Source: Cyanobacteria bacterium auto_48_18 (lineage in GTDB: Bacteria; Cyanobacteriota; Vampirovibrionia; Obscuribacterales; Obscuribacteraceae). Taken from it: a DNA stretch of 64,000 nt. The notes below the pieces were generated by a model. The model searched no databases, had not been told where the DNA came from, and was given only the letters and a program-made list of their open reading frames with translations. This document shows, in pieces, positions 47,844-57,738 of this stretch (position 1 is its first letter; every line of letters begins with the position of its first letter). Made by a program: the position numbers and the translations under genes. The stretch is taken from assembly GCA_036170915.1 (NCBI GenBank), contig JAVHQC010000034.1, forward strand, positions 49,492 through 113,491, written 5' to 3'.

Positions 47844-49245
47844 GCACAGACCCCCTCAGCTTCTTTAAAGCTTCGATTGCCTGATCGGCAGTTTGCATGC
47901 GCTCTTCGTCTTCCATAGTAGTAAGGGCTGCCACCAGTTTATCTAGCTCGGCATCTATCTGTCTATTGACTGAGCGTGGCTGCGACACTGTAAGCGGTTC
48001 AGGATCTTGGCCGGTGAGCAAGAAGAACAAGCTGCCGCCCATGGCATAGAGGTCGCTGCGTGGATTAGCTTTGCCCCGCAGCTGCTCAGGAGCGATATAA
48101 GCTTGCTTGCCAATCATGGTACCAGTAGCGGTGCCGAGAAAGAAGTTGGCAGCACCAAAGTCGATTATGGCTAAAGTACCATCGGTCTTTAAAATCATAT
48201 TGTCGGGGGTGAAATCGCGATGTAATATTGGCTCTTCCTGGCCGTGTAAATAGGCCAACATTTGAGCCATCTGCAAACCCCATTCGATGACGGCAAACTG
48301 TGGCTGTGCCCCTGATTCTTTTACCAGTCGCCTCAAATCACTGCCGCTTAAATATTCCACAACCAAGTAGTGTCTTTCATTGTCGATGAAGTGATCAAAA
48401 ACTCTGGCGATTTGTTCATGCGAGAGGCGGGCAAGCATCTCGGCTTCGCGTTTGAGCTGTTTGTACGATTGTTCTTTCAGTTCAGTGTCGCTGCCGTCTG
48501 GTACCACTGCTTCCTTCAAAACTATGCGCTCCCCGGCAATGTTGCGCGCTAGATAAATGGCTGATAGACCACCAAAAGCAATCTGTTTTTCTATCTTGTA
48601 TTTTCCGTCTTGTACGCTATCGCCAGGTTCGAGTGGCACAAAAGTGGTGGAGCCGAATCGCCTGGCCAGCTCATCTTGCCATAATTCGGTATAACCCGGT
48701 TGATTGTGCTGTGGTAACAAGCCCCCATCTTTTTGATATAAAAATGTACGAGCGTCAAGCAGGGCGTTGAAATTTTCGGAGCCGCCCGCCCAGACATCCA
48801 AAGCCATGACCAGGCTGTCTAGATGCTCTTTTTGCAGATATCGCAGTGGTAGCTCAATTGGTGCTGAGTTGGCAAAAAACAAAGTCAGTTTGGCATCGTT
48901 GGAAGCAGCATCAAAATCGATTGATTTGAGATCGCTCCATTTCTTCTTGGCGCGCAGCGAAAAGCCAGGACTAATGAAAAAGGGCAGAGAGAGCCCGTCT
49001 CTGGTGATAAAAATGGTTTGATCAGATGAAAGAAAAAGGGTCACGCCCACCAGCACAACTAGAAGTGCATTGAGGGTGAGAAAAATAGAAACGGAGCCGA
49101 AACTAAGTATCTCAAGGCGACCGAGAAGGGCGATGCATGACCAGATCCACACAAAAATTGAGATGGGCCAAATTACCCAACAGGCCATGTTGACGACATT
49201 GGCACGCTTGCTCTTGTACTGAATGGTCAGTTCAGCTTCAGCCAA
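47836..49245 (-). CDS. Membrane Ser/Thr kinase-like protein (N-terminal TMs, C-terminal kinase; HRDFTPDN, DFG)
   Basis: IAFGGLSAIY, VLKE, HRDFTPDN, IDFG, YIAPEQ, SDLYAMG; GGAG SD before TTG. Confidence 0.88.
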   Translation of the reverse strand: MAEAELTIQYKSKRANVVNMACWVIWPISIFVWIWSCIALLGRLEILSFGSVSIFLTLNALLVVLVGVTLFLSSDQTIFITRDGLSLPFFISPGFSLRAKKKWSDLKSIDFDAASNDAKLTLFFANSAPIELPLRYLQKEHLDSLVMALDVWAGGSENFNALLDARTFLYQKDGGLLPQHNQPGYTELWQDELARRFGSTTFVPLEPGDSVQDGKYKIEKQIAFGGLSAIYLARNIAGERIVLKEAVVPDGSDTELKEQSYKQLKREAEMLARLSHEQIARVFDHFIDNERHYLVVEYLSGSDLRRLVKESGAQPQFAVIEWGLQMAQMLAYLHGQEEPILHRDFTPDNMILKTDGTLAIIDFGAANFFLGTATGTMIGKQAYIAPEQLRGKANPRSDLYAMGGSLFFLLTGQDPEPLTVSQPRSVNRQIDAELDKLVAALTTMEDEERMQTADQAIEALKKLRGSVHA

Positions 49246-49311
49246 ATTTAGCTCCCTGGTTTAACAACTAGAAGTAACTAATTTAGTTGTACCCCAGGCC
49301 TCAGGTTCTGA

Positions 49312-50034
49312 TCAGAAATCTAGTTTTTGTGTAGCGCTGGCAGGCACAATGTCGCCTTCCAGGTCTTCGGAGTTGCGGGCTCTGCTAACTGGCCTGCCTT
49401 GATTGAAATCTTGGGGTGCAGGACCTTGAGCCGAGGTGGGCATGATGCCTTTGCGTTTCAAGTCTGCTTCATGAGCTTGTTTGAGCTCGCGTTGAATTTT
49501 TTCGTGTTGCTTCTGACGCCGCTCCTCGGCCTTTTTCATATCTTTTTCGTAACTGTGGTTCGGTGAACCTGCGCCGCCGGGGCCATTGGCCCTGCGACTG
49601 GACATGACGCGAGAGCCCACTGCCAGTGCTCCGATACCGAGCATTCCACCACCCATAATCATCGTTGCGGGAGACATGCCGCTGCGACCGTTGCCGTAGT
49701 TGGCTCTGCCGTGATTAGTCTGGGCATTGGGTCTGTAGGTGAGCTGTTGGCCGGTGACCTGGTTGACCTGGTAGCCCACGCCGGGATTGTTGTAATCACC
49801 GTACACGGCGTTGTGGCCGAAACTGCCCATATAGTTGGGAGTGACTACGCCCACTGGGGTAACGCCGTTAATTTGGCCAGGCACATAGACTGGCACAGCT
49901 TGTGGGCCGCCGACGGTTGTGTAGCCTAAGTTTTGAGCCATAACCAGCGTTGAATTGCTCAGCGTCATAGCCATGGCTGTGGCCAGGGCAATAATGAGGC
50001 AGAGGGCTGGTTGGAGGGGTTTGTGCTGTTGCAT
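49312..50034 (-). CDS. Secreted or membrane hypothetical protein, Gly/Asn-rich
   Basis: Signal-like N-terminus; low complexity; central hydrophobic helix. Confidence 0.7.
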   Translation of the reverse strand: MQQHKPLQPALCLIIALATAMAMTLSNSTLVMAQNLGYTTVGGPQAVPVYVPGQINGVTPVGVVTPNYMGSFGHNAVYGDYNNPGVGYQVNQVTGQQLTYRPNAQTNHGRANYGNGRSGMSPATMIMGGGMLGIGALAVGSRVMSSRRANGPGGAGSPNHSYEKDMKKAEERRQKQHEKIQRELKQAHEADLKRKGIMPTSAQGPAPQDFNQGRPVSRARNSEDLEGDIVPASATQKLDF

Positions 50035-50114
50035 GGATATGGTTCACCTTGGTGAACTCATAATATGTATTTCCCAGGCGGCTGCAAATGGGGAAATTCC
50101 CAAAAGCGCTAAAT

Positions 50115-51215
50115 TTATACGTTGAAACGGAAGTGCACGACATCACCGTCGGCCATGACGTAGTCTTTGCCTTCCAGACGCATCAGACCTTTTTCTTTTG
50201 CCACTTTTTCAGTACCGCAGGCCACGTAGTCTTTGTAGCCTATTACCTCGGCCTTAATGAAACCGCGTTCGAAGTCGGTATGAATGATACCGGCGCATTT
50301 TGGAGCAGTGAAACCTTGCTCGAATGGCCAGGCGCGCACTTCTTTTTCGCCGGCAGTGAAGTAGGTTTTGAGGCCTAATAAGGCAAAGGCTGAGCGAATC
50401 ATGGTGTTGACGCCAGAATCTTTCACCCCCAGGCTCTCAAGATAGCTGTTGCGTTCTTCAGCGTCGAGAGCCGAGAGCTCAGCTTCAATTTGTGCTGAAA
50501 TCAGAACTACCGGGCGATTTTCTTCGGCAGCCTTTTTCTTCAAGACCTTTAAATGCGGATTAGCATCAGGATCGGCCAGCTGATCTTCTTTAACGTTGGC
50601 GGCGTACAGCAAAGGCTTGGTAGAAAGCAATTGCAATTGCGGCAAAATTTCTTTTTCTTCGTCGGTCAAAATTGAGAGATCGACGGCTTCGACCTTGTCG
50701 ATGTAGGGCGAGACTTTCTCAAAAATGCTCATCTCTAATTGCGAACGTTTATCCACGTTGTTTTTCTGCTTTTTCAAGCGTTCCATTCGTTTAGCGATTG
50801 ATGCTTGATCGGCCATGGCCAGCTCGATGTGAATGGTTTCAACGTCGCGCAGTGGATCGATCGCACCATCAACGTGAGTAATATTTTCGTCTTCAAAGCA
50901 GCGCACCACATGAACAATGGCGTCGACTTCGCGAATATGTGAGAGGAACTGGTTGCCCAAACCCTCACCGCGACTGGCACCACGCACAAGGCCGGCGATG
51001 TCGACGAATTCAAAAACGCCAGGCAGAACTTGTTGCGGATTAACCAGCTCTTTTAACTTATCTAGCCTTTCGTCAGGCACCTTGACTATGCCCGTGTTGG
51101 GCTCGATGGTGCAGAAAGGATAATTGGCGCTCTCCGCCTGATAAGAAGCGGTGAGAGCATTGAAAAGAGTTGACTTGCCTACGTTGGGCAAACCGACGAT
51201 ACCGGCCTTGAGCAT
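50115..51215 (-). CDS. ychF: Redox-regulated ATPase YchF (Obg family)
   Basis: GIVGLPNVGKSTLFN, ANYPFCTIEPN, DIAGLV, GEGLGNQFL, IHTDFERGFIKAE, FRFNV. Confidence 0.98.
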   Translation of the reverse strand: MLKAGIVGLPNVGKSTLFNALTASYQAESANYPFCTIEPNTGIVKVPDERLDKLKELVNPQQVLPGVFEFVDIAGLVRGASRGEGLGNQFLSHIREVDAIVHVVRCFEDENITHVDGAIDPLRDVETIHIELAMADQASIAKRMERLKKQKNNVDKRSQLEMSIFEKVSPYIDKVEAVDLSILTDEEKEILPQLQLLSTKPLLYAANVKEDQLADPDANPHLKVLKKKAAEENRPVVLISAQIEAELSALDAEERNSYLESLGVKDSGVNTMIRSAFALLGLKTYFTAGEKEVRAWPFEQGFTAPKCAGIIHTDFERGFIKAEVIGYKDYVACGTEKVAKEKGLMRLEGKDYVMADGDVVHFRFNV

Positions 51216-51338
51216 TTTTGTCTCCAATGAATATGGCCACGCTTGCGCCCTGTGGCACTAATGCAGCCTTTTGCACATTATATTAGGACTGCAGGCAGAG
51301 TTTATGAGATGCTTGCAATCAGTTAAGCTTGCTGAGCG

Positions 51339-53219
51339 GTGAGATTTCAAGCATTAATGTTCAAAGGCGAATTCGGCAATTTCTGTGTATTGGTGGCGGC
51401 CTGGGGAGCGCTGGGTTGTGCTGTGGCTGCTAGTAATTATTTCGGCCATGGACAGATTCGGTTGGTGAGTGAAGATACCGAGGTGAAGGCTCCGCTTGGG
51501 AGCCCACTGTCATATGAAGAGCCGTACATCAGTGCTTATCTTAGAACGAGAAGAAATGATGCGCCGCCGGTGCTGCCCAAGCCTAACGTCGCTTCGAAAG
51601 CGGTTTTAAAGCAATTGTTTTTAGACCATCCGGAAATGCACAAAGATCTTAAAGAAAGTCCCGGCTGGCCATTTCGTGGTGTAATTTTTCGTCAGGCACG
51701 AGCAAGTGCCTTCGGGAATTTCGTCGCTGGAAACTATACAGCCGCTGGCAAATTATTTGATCTGGCTAAACGTCATCCTATGGAGCACCTGATGTGCGGA
51801 GATGATAACGGTCTGGCTCAAATTGCAAAAGATGAGGCGCTTCTTGCCGCTACTGTGGAATTGCAAACCAACCCTGGTGCAAAGATTGAAAATAAAACTC
51901 GCGCCTTGTCAGGCTTGTCGCAACGTTACGAGCGTGAGGATTTGGCTGAACTTACCCGCGACAAGGGTATAGCCTTTACACTTTTGAGAATCAATCTGGT
52001 AAGAAGCCAGACTGATACAGAGCACCCTCAGTCAGATGCTGAAGCTCTCGCCATTGCCACCACAAAAGCGCTATTGGGTGAGTTGAGCCCCGCGCAAAGA
52101 TTGGTGGCTGATGCCGCGTGTGATCGACAGATGCAACGCGAACCTGACTGCACAACGGCGTTTAATGCCATGCTCTGTGGACGCTATTGGGCATCCACGG
52201 GTGTACCAAATAGGGCGCTCGAAGCTTTTGAATTCGCCCAGCGTTTTCATGACGTAAATAGCAGATGCATTTCTGATCTCTATGAGTTCTATAAGAACAG
52301 AGGGCTCTGGTTTAAAGCCTACGATTTTGCCCTTGAAGGTTCGCGGCGCAAAGGTCGTGAGCCAGCGACCTTCAAGACATGCCTGCTCGACTTTTACATT
52401 CGTCTTGAGCGTTCTCCTAAGTGGAGGGCAAAGCTCTTTCAGCAAAGTCCTGCTCTGGCTGCGGAACTCAATCAAAATACATGGAGAGCCCAGGCCTATA
52501 AAATTGGTAGCGAGGCTCTAGCAGACAATCTCTCGGATTGGACCACTGAAGACATGGCCAAATACTCCGAAAGAGGCCCTATAGACCTTTGTGCACCATC
52601 ACTAAATTATTTGATTGAGTGGTGTCAAATCGAAAATCTACAGGGCAAATTGAAGCCTTTGCTCGATATAAATCTTGCCCTGGCGAAAACATACGGCACC
52701 ACCAGTGATATCGCCGACGCCCTCAGCCAGCTGCGTGAAAATTATGGTGCGCACGGTGAGGTGGCACTTGCCGCTAAATGCGATGCGGCGCTCTATCAAG
52801 CAATTACTGACGAGGACGGCGTTAGCGACGGCGCAGGAGGAGTTTTGTGGTTGACTGATCTCTCACTTAGTCAATTAGCCAATTGCTGTAAGGATGCGCT
52901 CAAGAAAAAAACCGTTCTAAATGTTTTTGCCGCCGGCGGCAAGCGGGTAACAAAACAATTTGGCGCAGGCTCCCTCCAAGACATGATGCAAACTCGAAAC
53001 CTTGCGCACTTTTTGCTTGCCTGCGGCGACAATGATCAAGCCGCGAAAATTTTGGCACCAGCATGGGCAATGGCATTAGAAGGTAAAACATTCCCCATAG
53101 AAGAGAGACGCAAAGTGTTAATTGACTACATAGCGGCTCTGAAAGCCACCAATAATGAGAGTGAAGCAGCCAAACTGACACCTCTGCTAGTGGCGATCAC
53201 CGAGCCTGAAGATCAATAG
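51339..53219 (+). CDS. Membrane-anchored helical-repeat (TPR-like) hypothetical protein
   Basis: 626-aa ORF with N-terminal hydrophobic segment and TPR-like helices. Confidence 0.6.
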   Translation: MRFQALMFKGEFGNFCVLVAAWGALGCAVAASNYFGHGQIRLVSEDTEVKAPLGSPLSYEEPYISAYLRTRRNDAPPVLPKPNVASKAVLKQLFLDHPEMHKDLKESPGWPFRGVIFRQARASAFGNFVAGNYTAAGKLFDLAKRHPMEHLMCGDDNGLAQIAKDEALLAATVELQTNPGAKIENKTRALSGLSQRYEREDLAELTRDKGIAFTLLRINLVRSQTDTEHPQSDAEALAIATTKALLGELSPAQRLVADAACDRQMQREPDCTTAFNAMLCGRYWASTGVPNRALEAFEFAQRFHDVNSRCISDLYEFYKNRGLWFKAYDFALEGSRRKGREPATFKTCLLDFYIRLERSPKWRAKLFQQSPALAAELNQNTWRAQAYKIGSEALADNLSDWTTEDMAKYSERGPIDLCAPSLNYLIEWCQIENLQGKLKPLLDINLALAKTYGTTSDIADALSQLRENYGAHGEVALAAKCDAALYQAITDEDGVSDGAGGVLWLTDLSLSQLANCCKDALKKKTVLNVFAAGGKRVTKQFGAGSLQDMMQTRNLAHFLLACGDNDQAAKILAPAWAMALEGKTFPIEERRKVLIDYIAALKATNNESEAAKLTPLLVAITEPEDQ

Positions 53220-53287
53220 CTTGTAAAGAGCTGAAAAACTAAGCTCAGTATGCCTTCTCGGTCTAAAATTCAAATTAATACTTGCGC

Positions 53288-53304
53288 TGAAAGCTCAATG
53301 AAAG
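53288..53304 (+). promoter_or_regulatory. Candidate OmpR-family binding box (TGAAAG-N5-TGAAAG)
   Basis: Direct repeat with 11-bp period, 10 nt upstream of a TATGTT -10-like hexamer, ahead of the response regulator gene. Confidence 0.45.
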
Positions 53305-53441
53305 GATAGGTCATTATGTTAGTAAGTGAGCTCGCTCGCCACGGCATATAGCGAGGCCACGGCAAAAAAAGAGAGAGCGAAACAGTGAACACTTCTAATC
53401 AAGTCACTGACAAGGTAAATAGTCCGGAAAGGGTAGACACG

Positions 53442-54110
53442 ATGCGAATATTGCTTGCTGAAGACGATGATTTTCTAGCGGGAGGTATTGCTCTAGCGTT
53501 ACGTAATACAAGATTCTCTGTAGACCACGTGCGCTCCGGCAGCGATGCCGATCATGCTCTTAAGTACACAGATTATGACTTGCTGATTTTAGATCTCGGT
53601 TTGCCTAAGATGGACGGCATGGAAGTGCTGGCTAATCTTCGCAATCGGGGACAAGCGTTGCCGGTGCTGGTGCTCACAGCCAGAGATAGGCTTGAAGACA
53701 GAGTTTCTGGGCTTGATTCTGGTGCGAACGATTACCTCACCAAACCATTTGAGTTGCCTGAGCTTATGGCACGAGTGAGAGCACTGATTCGCAAAGATCG
53801 CTGGGGCAACACCACCGACTTTGTTTATGGTCCGATTAAATTCAATACTTCATCTAGGCGTGTGCTTGTCAACGACAGCCCCATAGACCTCTCAGCCCGC
53901 GAGCTGGCTGTTCTCGAGCTTTTATTGCAACGCGCCGGACGCGTCGTCAATAAAAACCAGATTGCAGATCACTTAACCAGCTGGGATACTGACTTGACCC
54001 ACAACGCCATCGAAATTATCGTGCACCGCCTGCGCAAAAAACTCGAATGCGATGGGTTTGGTATCCGTACAATGCGAGGCCTCGGTTATCTGATTGAAAC
54101 GACCGCCTAA
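53442..54110 (+). CDS. OmpR family response regulator (TctD/QseB-like)
   Basis: MRILLAEDD, LDLGLP, GANDYLTKPF, IRTMRGLGY; alternative start 53385. Confidence 0.93.
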   Translation: MRILLAEDDDFLAGGIALALRNTRFSVDHVRSGSDADHALKYTDYDLLILDLGLPKMDGMEVLANLRNRGQALPVLVLTARDRLEDRVSGLDSGANDYLTKPFELPELMARVRALIRKDRWGNTTDFVYGPIKFNTSSRRVLVNDSPIDLSARELAVLELLLQRAGRVVNKNQIADHLTSWDTDLTHNAIEIIVHRLRKKLECDGFGIRTMRGLGYLIETTA

Positions 54111-55488
54111 CACATCAATTAGGAGCCAGCTTTTAACCTGGCTGCTAATGCCCTTATCTGCTCTCTGGCTGCTTTCTACAGCGTTTGCATATTTTACGTC
54201 GGTGGCTTTCGCCAACGATACGTATGATCGCGAGCTTCTAAATTCTGCCGACTCGGTGGCGGTGCGCACCAGCCATAAAGGCGGGCAGTATTTGATCGAC
54301 TTGCCCTCGTATGTGCGCTCTATTCTGCGTCACGATAATACCGATAGTTTCTATTACCAAATATTGTCACCAGACAGGCAACGCATTTCAGGCGACGAAA
54401 ACATGCCTGACTTGCCAAAAAACCTTAGTCTGGGTGTACCTCAATTTTCAGATGGCGTGATGGAAGGCACTAAAGTAAGAGTGGCTTCCATTCTGGTGCC
54501 TGTTCCAGAGCCAGAAACCAAAGGCGAGACTTTTATTGTTCAGGTTGCCGAAACTTTAAAGGCGCGGCAAAGATTTGCGCAAGAACTTTTAGTAAGCATG
54601 GTAGTGCCGGAAATATTTTTCATTCTCCTTGGTGCCACAGCAATCTGGTCAGGCATCGGTCGGGGCCTGGCGCCATTGAAAGATGTCCAGGAAGCATTGT
54701 TGCGCCGCTCTCAACATGATTTGCATCCGCTGTCTGATGAAAGTGCACCACTCGAGGTGCGCCCGCTCGTGCACTCAATTAACGAATTGCTCGGCCGATT
54801 GCGTAGTGATATCGAGGCTCAAAATCGTTTTGTCGCCAATGCTGCTCACCAGTTGCGCACACCTTTAGCAGGCCTTAAAACTTATATCGGCTTGCTGCAA
54901 GGTTTTGCCAAGCCGCCAGAAGTTGACCAGGCAGTAAACCAACTTGATCATGGTGTCAATCGCATGACCCATTTAGTCAATCGCTTGCTGGCTCTGGCGA
55001 AAGCTGAGCCAAATGCGGCGGCAATTTTGCCGAGGCAAATATTCGACTTCAACGATGTGGCAGCAGCATCTACATCTGACCTGGTTAATGTGGCCATTAG
55101 CAAAAACATTGATTTAGCTTTTGAAGGCGCCCAGAGCCCAGCTATGGTAGAAGGTGATCCTGCAAGCTTGAGCGAGCTTGTGATGAATTTAGTCGACAAC
55201 GCCTTACGTTATACGCAGCATGGTGGCCACGTGACGGTGCGCGTTCTGGCCGGCGACTATGTTCTACTGATGGTAGAAGACGACGGTCCTGGTATCGCCG
55301 AGGAAGATAGAGAGCACGTTTTTGAACGTTTCTATCGGGTGCTGGGCACCGGTGAACAGGGAAGCGGCTTAGGCCTGCCAATTGTGCGCGAAATCGCTCG
55401 CTCGCACCGTGCCAAAGTGGTGATTGATACTCCCAATAATGGCATCGGTACTATTTTTACCGTGACGTTTAAGCGCCATATTGGTTGA
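54094..55488 (+). CDS. Sensor histidine kinase (TctE/QseC-like, 2CSK_N-type sensor)
   Basis: SIRSQLLTWLL..., YDRELL, VQVAET, AAHQLRTPL, NLVDNALRY, GSGLGL. Confidence 0.92.
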   Translation: MKRPPNTSIRSQLLTWLLMPLSALWLLSTAFAYFTSVAFANDTYDRELLNSADSVAVRTSHKGGQYLIDLPSYVRSILRHDNTDSFYYQILSPDRQRISGDENMPDLPKNLSLGVPQFSDGVMEGTKVRVASILVPVPEPETKGETFIVQVAETLKARQRFAQELLVSMVVPEIFFILLGATAIWSGIGRGLAPLKDVQEALLRRSQHDLHPLSDESAPLEVRPLVHSINELLGRLRSDIEAQNRFVANAAHQLRTPLAGLKTYIGLLQGFAKPPEVDQAVNQLDHGVNRMTHLVNRLLALAKAEPNAAAILPRQIFDFNDVAAASTSDLVNVAISKNIDLAFEGAQSPAMVEGDPASLSELVMNLVDNALRYTQHGGHVTVRVLAGDYVLLMVEDDGPGIAEEDREHVFERFYRVLGTGEQGSGLGLPIVREIARSHRAKVVIDTPNNGIGTIFTVTFKRHIG

Positions 55489-55509
55489 AGTGTCGCGTCA
55501 TTCTTTTTT

Positions 55510-55537
55510 GAAAAAATACCTTTAAAGGTATTTTTTC
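55510..55537. terminator. Perfect 28-bp palindrome between convergent genes (probable bidirectional terminator)
   Basis: GAAAAAATACCTTT|AAAGGTATTTTTTC. Confidence 0.65.
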
Positions 55538-55551
55538 TACGATCTCTTCCA

Positions 55552-57513
55552 TCAGCTCTGATTGCGGCGCGCTCTCATATTTTTCAGCACCATTGCACTT
55601 TCTTCCACAGCGTCATAGTCAATCAACACAAGACCTTTTTTGCCGCCGCCAAGATCGGTGTAGCCCAGTTGTGATGCGTCTCTATCAGTAAATGAATATT
55701 TGCGATCTCGATCTAATCTCTGAGCGAAAAGCATCATGCTGGTTTCGCTAACTGGAGTTACTACTCGCTCTTGAATGAAGAAATTGGCTTTGCCGTAAGG
55801 GCCATCAGTCAATGTCGGCTGGCCGATTATTCTGGCATCGAATCTGTGCAACTTGCCTTCCACGTCGGCATATGTGCGGCTGCCCCATTGCGGATTCCAG
55901 GTATTTGGTGTGATTTTTAAAATTTGATTGTTGCTCAATTCAATCACGACGCTATCGGCGCCACCATCAATTATTTTTCTGCCAGGAATTTTGAAGCCTT
56001 TTAAAACATCGGCGTAAAGGCCCAGGTCATGAGTATCTTTATGACGCAGTAAATGGCGAGCATCAGGATCGCGCAAGATGCTGCTCACCGATTTGTCACC
56101 AAGTGCAACAGGGCTAACATGATTGCCTAGTTTTTCAATGCTGTTGGCGAAGCGCAGACGTGAGCCTGTTTGAGTCAACCACAGGCTCTCTTGAGCCGAG
56201 GCAAATATATGTTTGGCTTGCAAGACACCTGGTAGCAAGGCCGGATTGCAGCTAGCAATTAAATCGCAGGCTGCTGCCGCTTTTGATTTGTCGCTGATTG
56301 GGTTGGCTTTGCTGTTATGTTGAATCAGCATCTGCTGCTCTGGACCAAGCTCTCCGCCAGCTTTTACTTCGCGTACGCGAGTGACCGCAAACGCTTCTTT
56401 TGAGCGAGCCATGATTTCGGCAACCGGCAGGTTTTGGCCAACCATCTGATATTCGCGAGCGGTAGAGCCGGCAAAATTACTTTTGGCACCACTAACGAGA
56501 CTGGTTCTTTCTGTCACGTCGGTGGTTCGCACAGGCTCTATTTTTTCAGCGGTTTTATCGTTTACTCTGCCGATTTTGCCGGCGATGGCAGCGCCAACCA
56601 TATTGCTTGTGGTGCTGGCGAAAACATGTTTAGCAAATTCTCCAGGCTGGAAAACATTTTCCTGGCCCTGGCGTAGAATCTCGTCAACGCTGCCTTTCGA
56701 AGCGCCGAAGATACCACCTGTTACAGTGGTGGCCAGCATTCTGTTTTCACTGAAGGCTCCACCGGTAGATTTGTTTAGTTTGCCCAGGGCTCCGCGGGCG
56801 ATCATGAAGCTGGCAACGTCACTGGTGAGAGCACTGACATTGGTGGCGGCGGCAAAAGTTTTTTCAGCACCAGCGGCTGCGCTGTAGTTACCTTGGCCAT
56901 CGAGATAGTTGGTGCGAGTGAGAGCGGCTTCTGAAATGCGAGAGGTAATGCCGAGGCCCACACCAGTTGTGGCTATGCCCCACTTGCGAGAAGCGGCAAA
57001 ATCAAAGGACGCTTTCAAGCCAACTGCTTTGGCTACGTCAAGGCCTATGTCAGTTGCACTTTCTGATGCCGACTTGGTTTGACCAGGTTTATAAGCATCT
57101 AGGGCGGCGGTGCCTGCAGCTACCATGTAACCGGCTTTCCCAGGCATGAACAGACCGATTGATTTGACCAGGGCCGTTCCGTACATGTCGATTTGGCCGG
57201 CGGTGTTAAGGGCGTTTCTGTCGGCAAGAATTACTTTGCTGGCTTGCAACGATAGTTCTGTGGCGCGTTTGTCGTTACCGGCTTTAATTTCGCGTGCCAG
57301 TTCGTCAGCCAGTTGCTTGGTTTGTTCGCCGGCTTTAGCGCTGCCATGCAAAAACTCGGTAGCGCCGGTCAGTGCCAGACCAATGATTCCGGTGTCGGCC
57401 TTTTGACGGGCGTGAAGCTGCGTTTCTTTACGCAGGCTGTCTAGAGCCTGAATTGATTGTTCTGATGCAGTCGGGGGAAGCTGCTTGTCGATGCCGGAGT
57501 CGGCTAAGGGCAT
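55552..57513 (-). CDS. Large hypothetical protein: Gly/Ala-rich helical N-terminal half, C-terminal minimal kinase-like domain
   Basis: IDGGADSVV...ILKIT...FIQERV...FTDRDASQLG...LVLIDYD. Confidence 0.65.
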   Translation of the reverse strand: MPLADSGIDKQLPPTASEQSIQALDSLRKETQLHARQKADTGIIGLALTGATEFLHGSAKAGEQTKQLADELAREIKAGNDKRATELSLQASKVILADRNALNTAGQIDMYGTALVKSIGLFMPGKAGYMVAAGTAALDAYKPGQTKSASESATDIGLDVAKAVGLKASFDFAASRKWGIATTGVGLGITSRISEAALTRTNYLDGQGNYSAAAGAEKTFAAATNVSALTSDVASFMIARGALGKLNKSTGGAFSENRMLATTVTGGIFGASKGSVDEILRQGQENVFQPGEFAKHVFASTTSNMVGAAIAGKIGRVNDKTAEKIEPVRTTDVTERTSLVSGAKSNFAGSTAREYQMVGQNLPVAEIMARSKEAFAVTRVREVKAGGELGPEQQMLIQHNSKANPISDKSKAAAACDLIASCNPALLPGVLQAKHIFASAQESLWLTQTGSRLRFANSIEKLGNHVSPVALGDKSVSSILRDPDARHLLRHKDTHDLGLYADVLKGFKIPGRKIIDGGADSVVIELSNNQILKITPNTWNPQWGSRTYADVEGKLHRFDARIIGQPTLTDGPYGKANFFIQERVVTPVSETSMMLFAQRLDRDRKYSFTDRDASQLGYTDLGGGKKGLVLIDYDAVEESAMVLKNMRARRNQS

Positions 57514-57738
57514 GTAATTCTCTTATTTTGATCAACATAAGCAACTTAGTTTTAATCTCATACGATCACAATAGGGAGACTCCCACGGCCATGGGAGAAT
57601 TACGAAATCTCAGACGGGCGTAACATGAGCTCTACGGTGAGCGATTACGTACTATACTGAGCTGCCGCTTTATTGGCTTAGATTAGGCCAAGTTAAATCA
57701 GGTCAGATCAGGTAAGACAGGTCAGGTTGGAGGCTTTA

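Noticed and set aside
57697..57728. CAGGT repeats upstream of 57739 and TTAGA repeats near 4000-4065
   Set aside because: Short and irregularly spaced; cannot be distinguished from low-complexity sequence.
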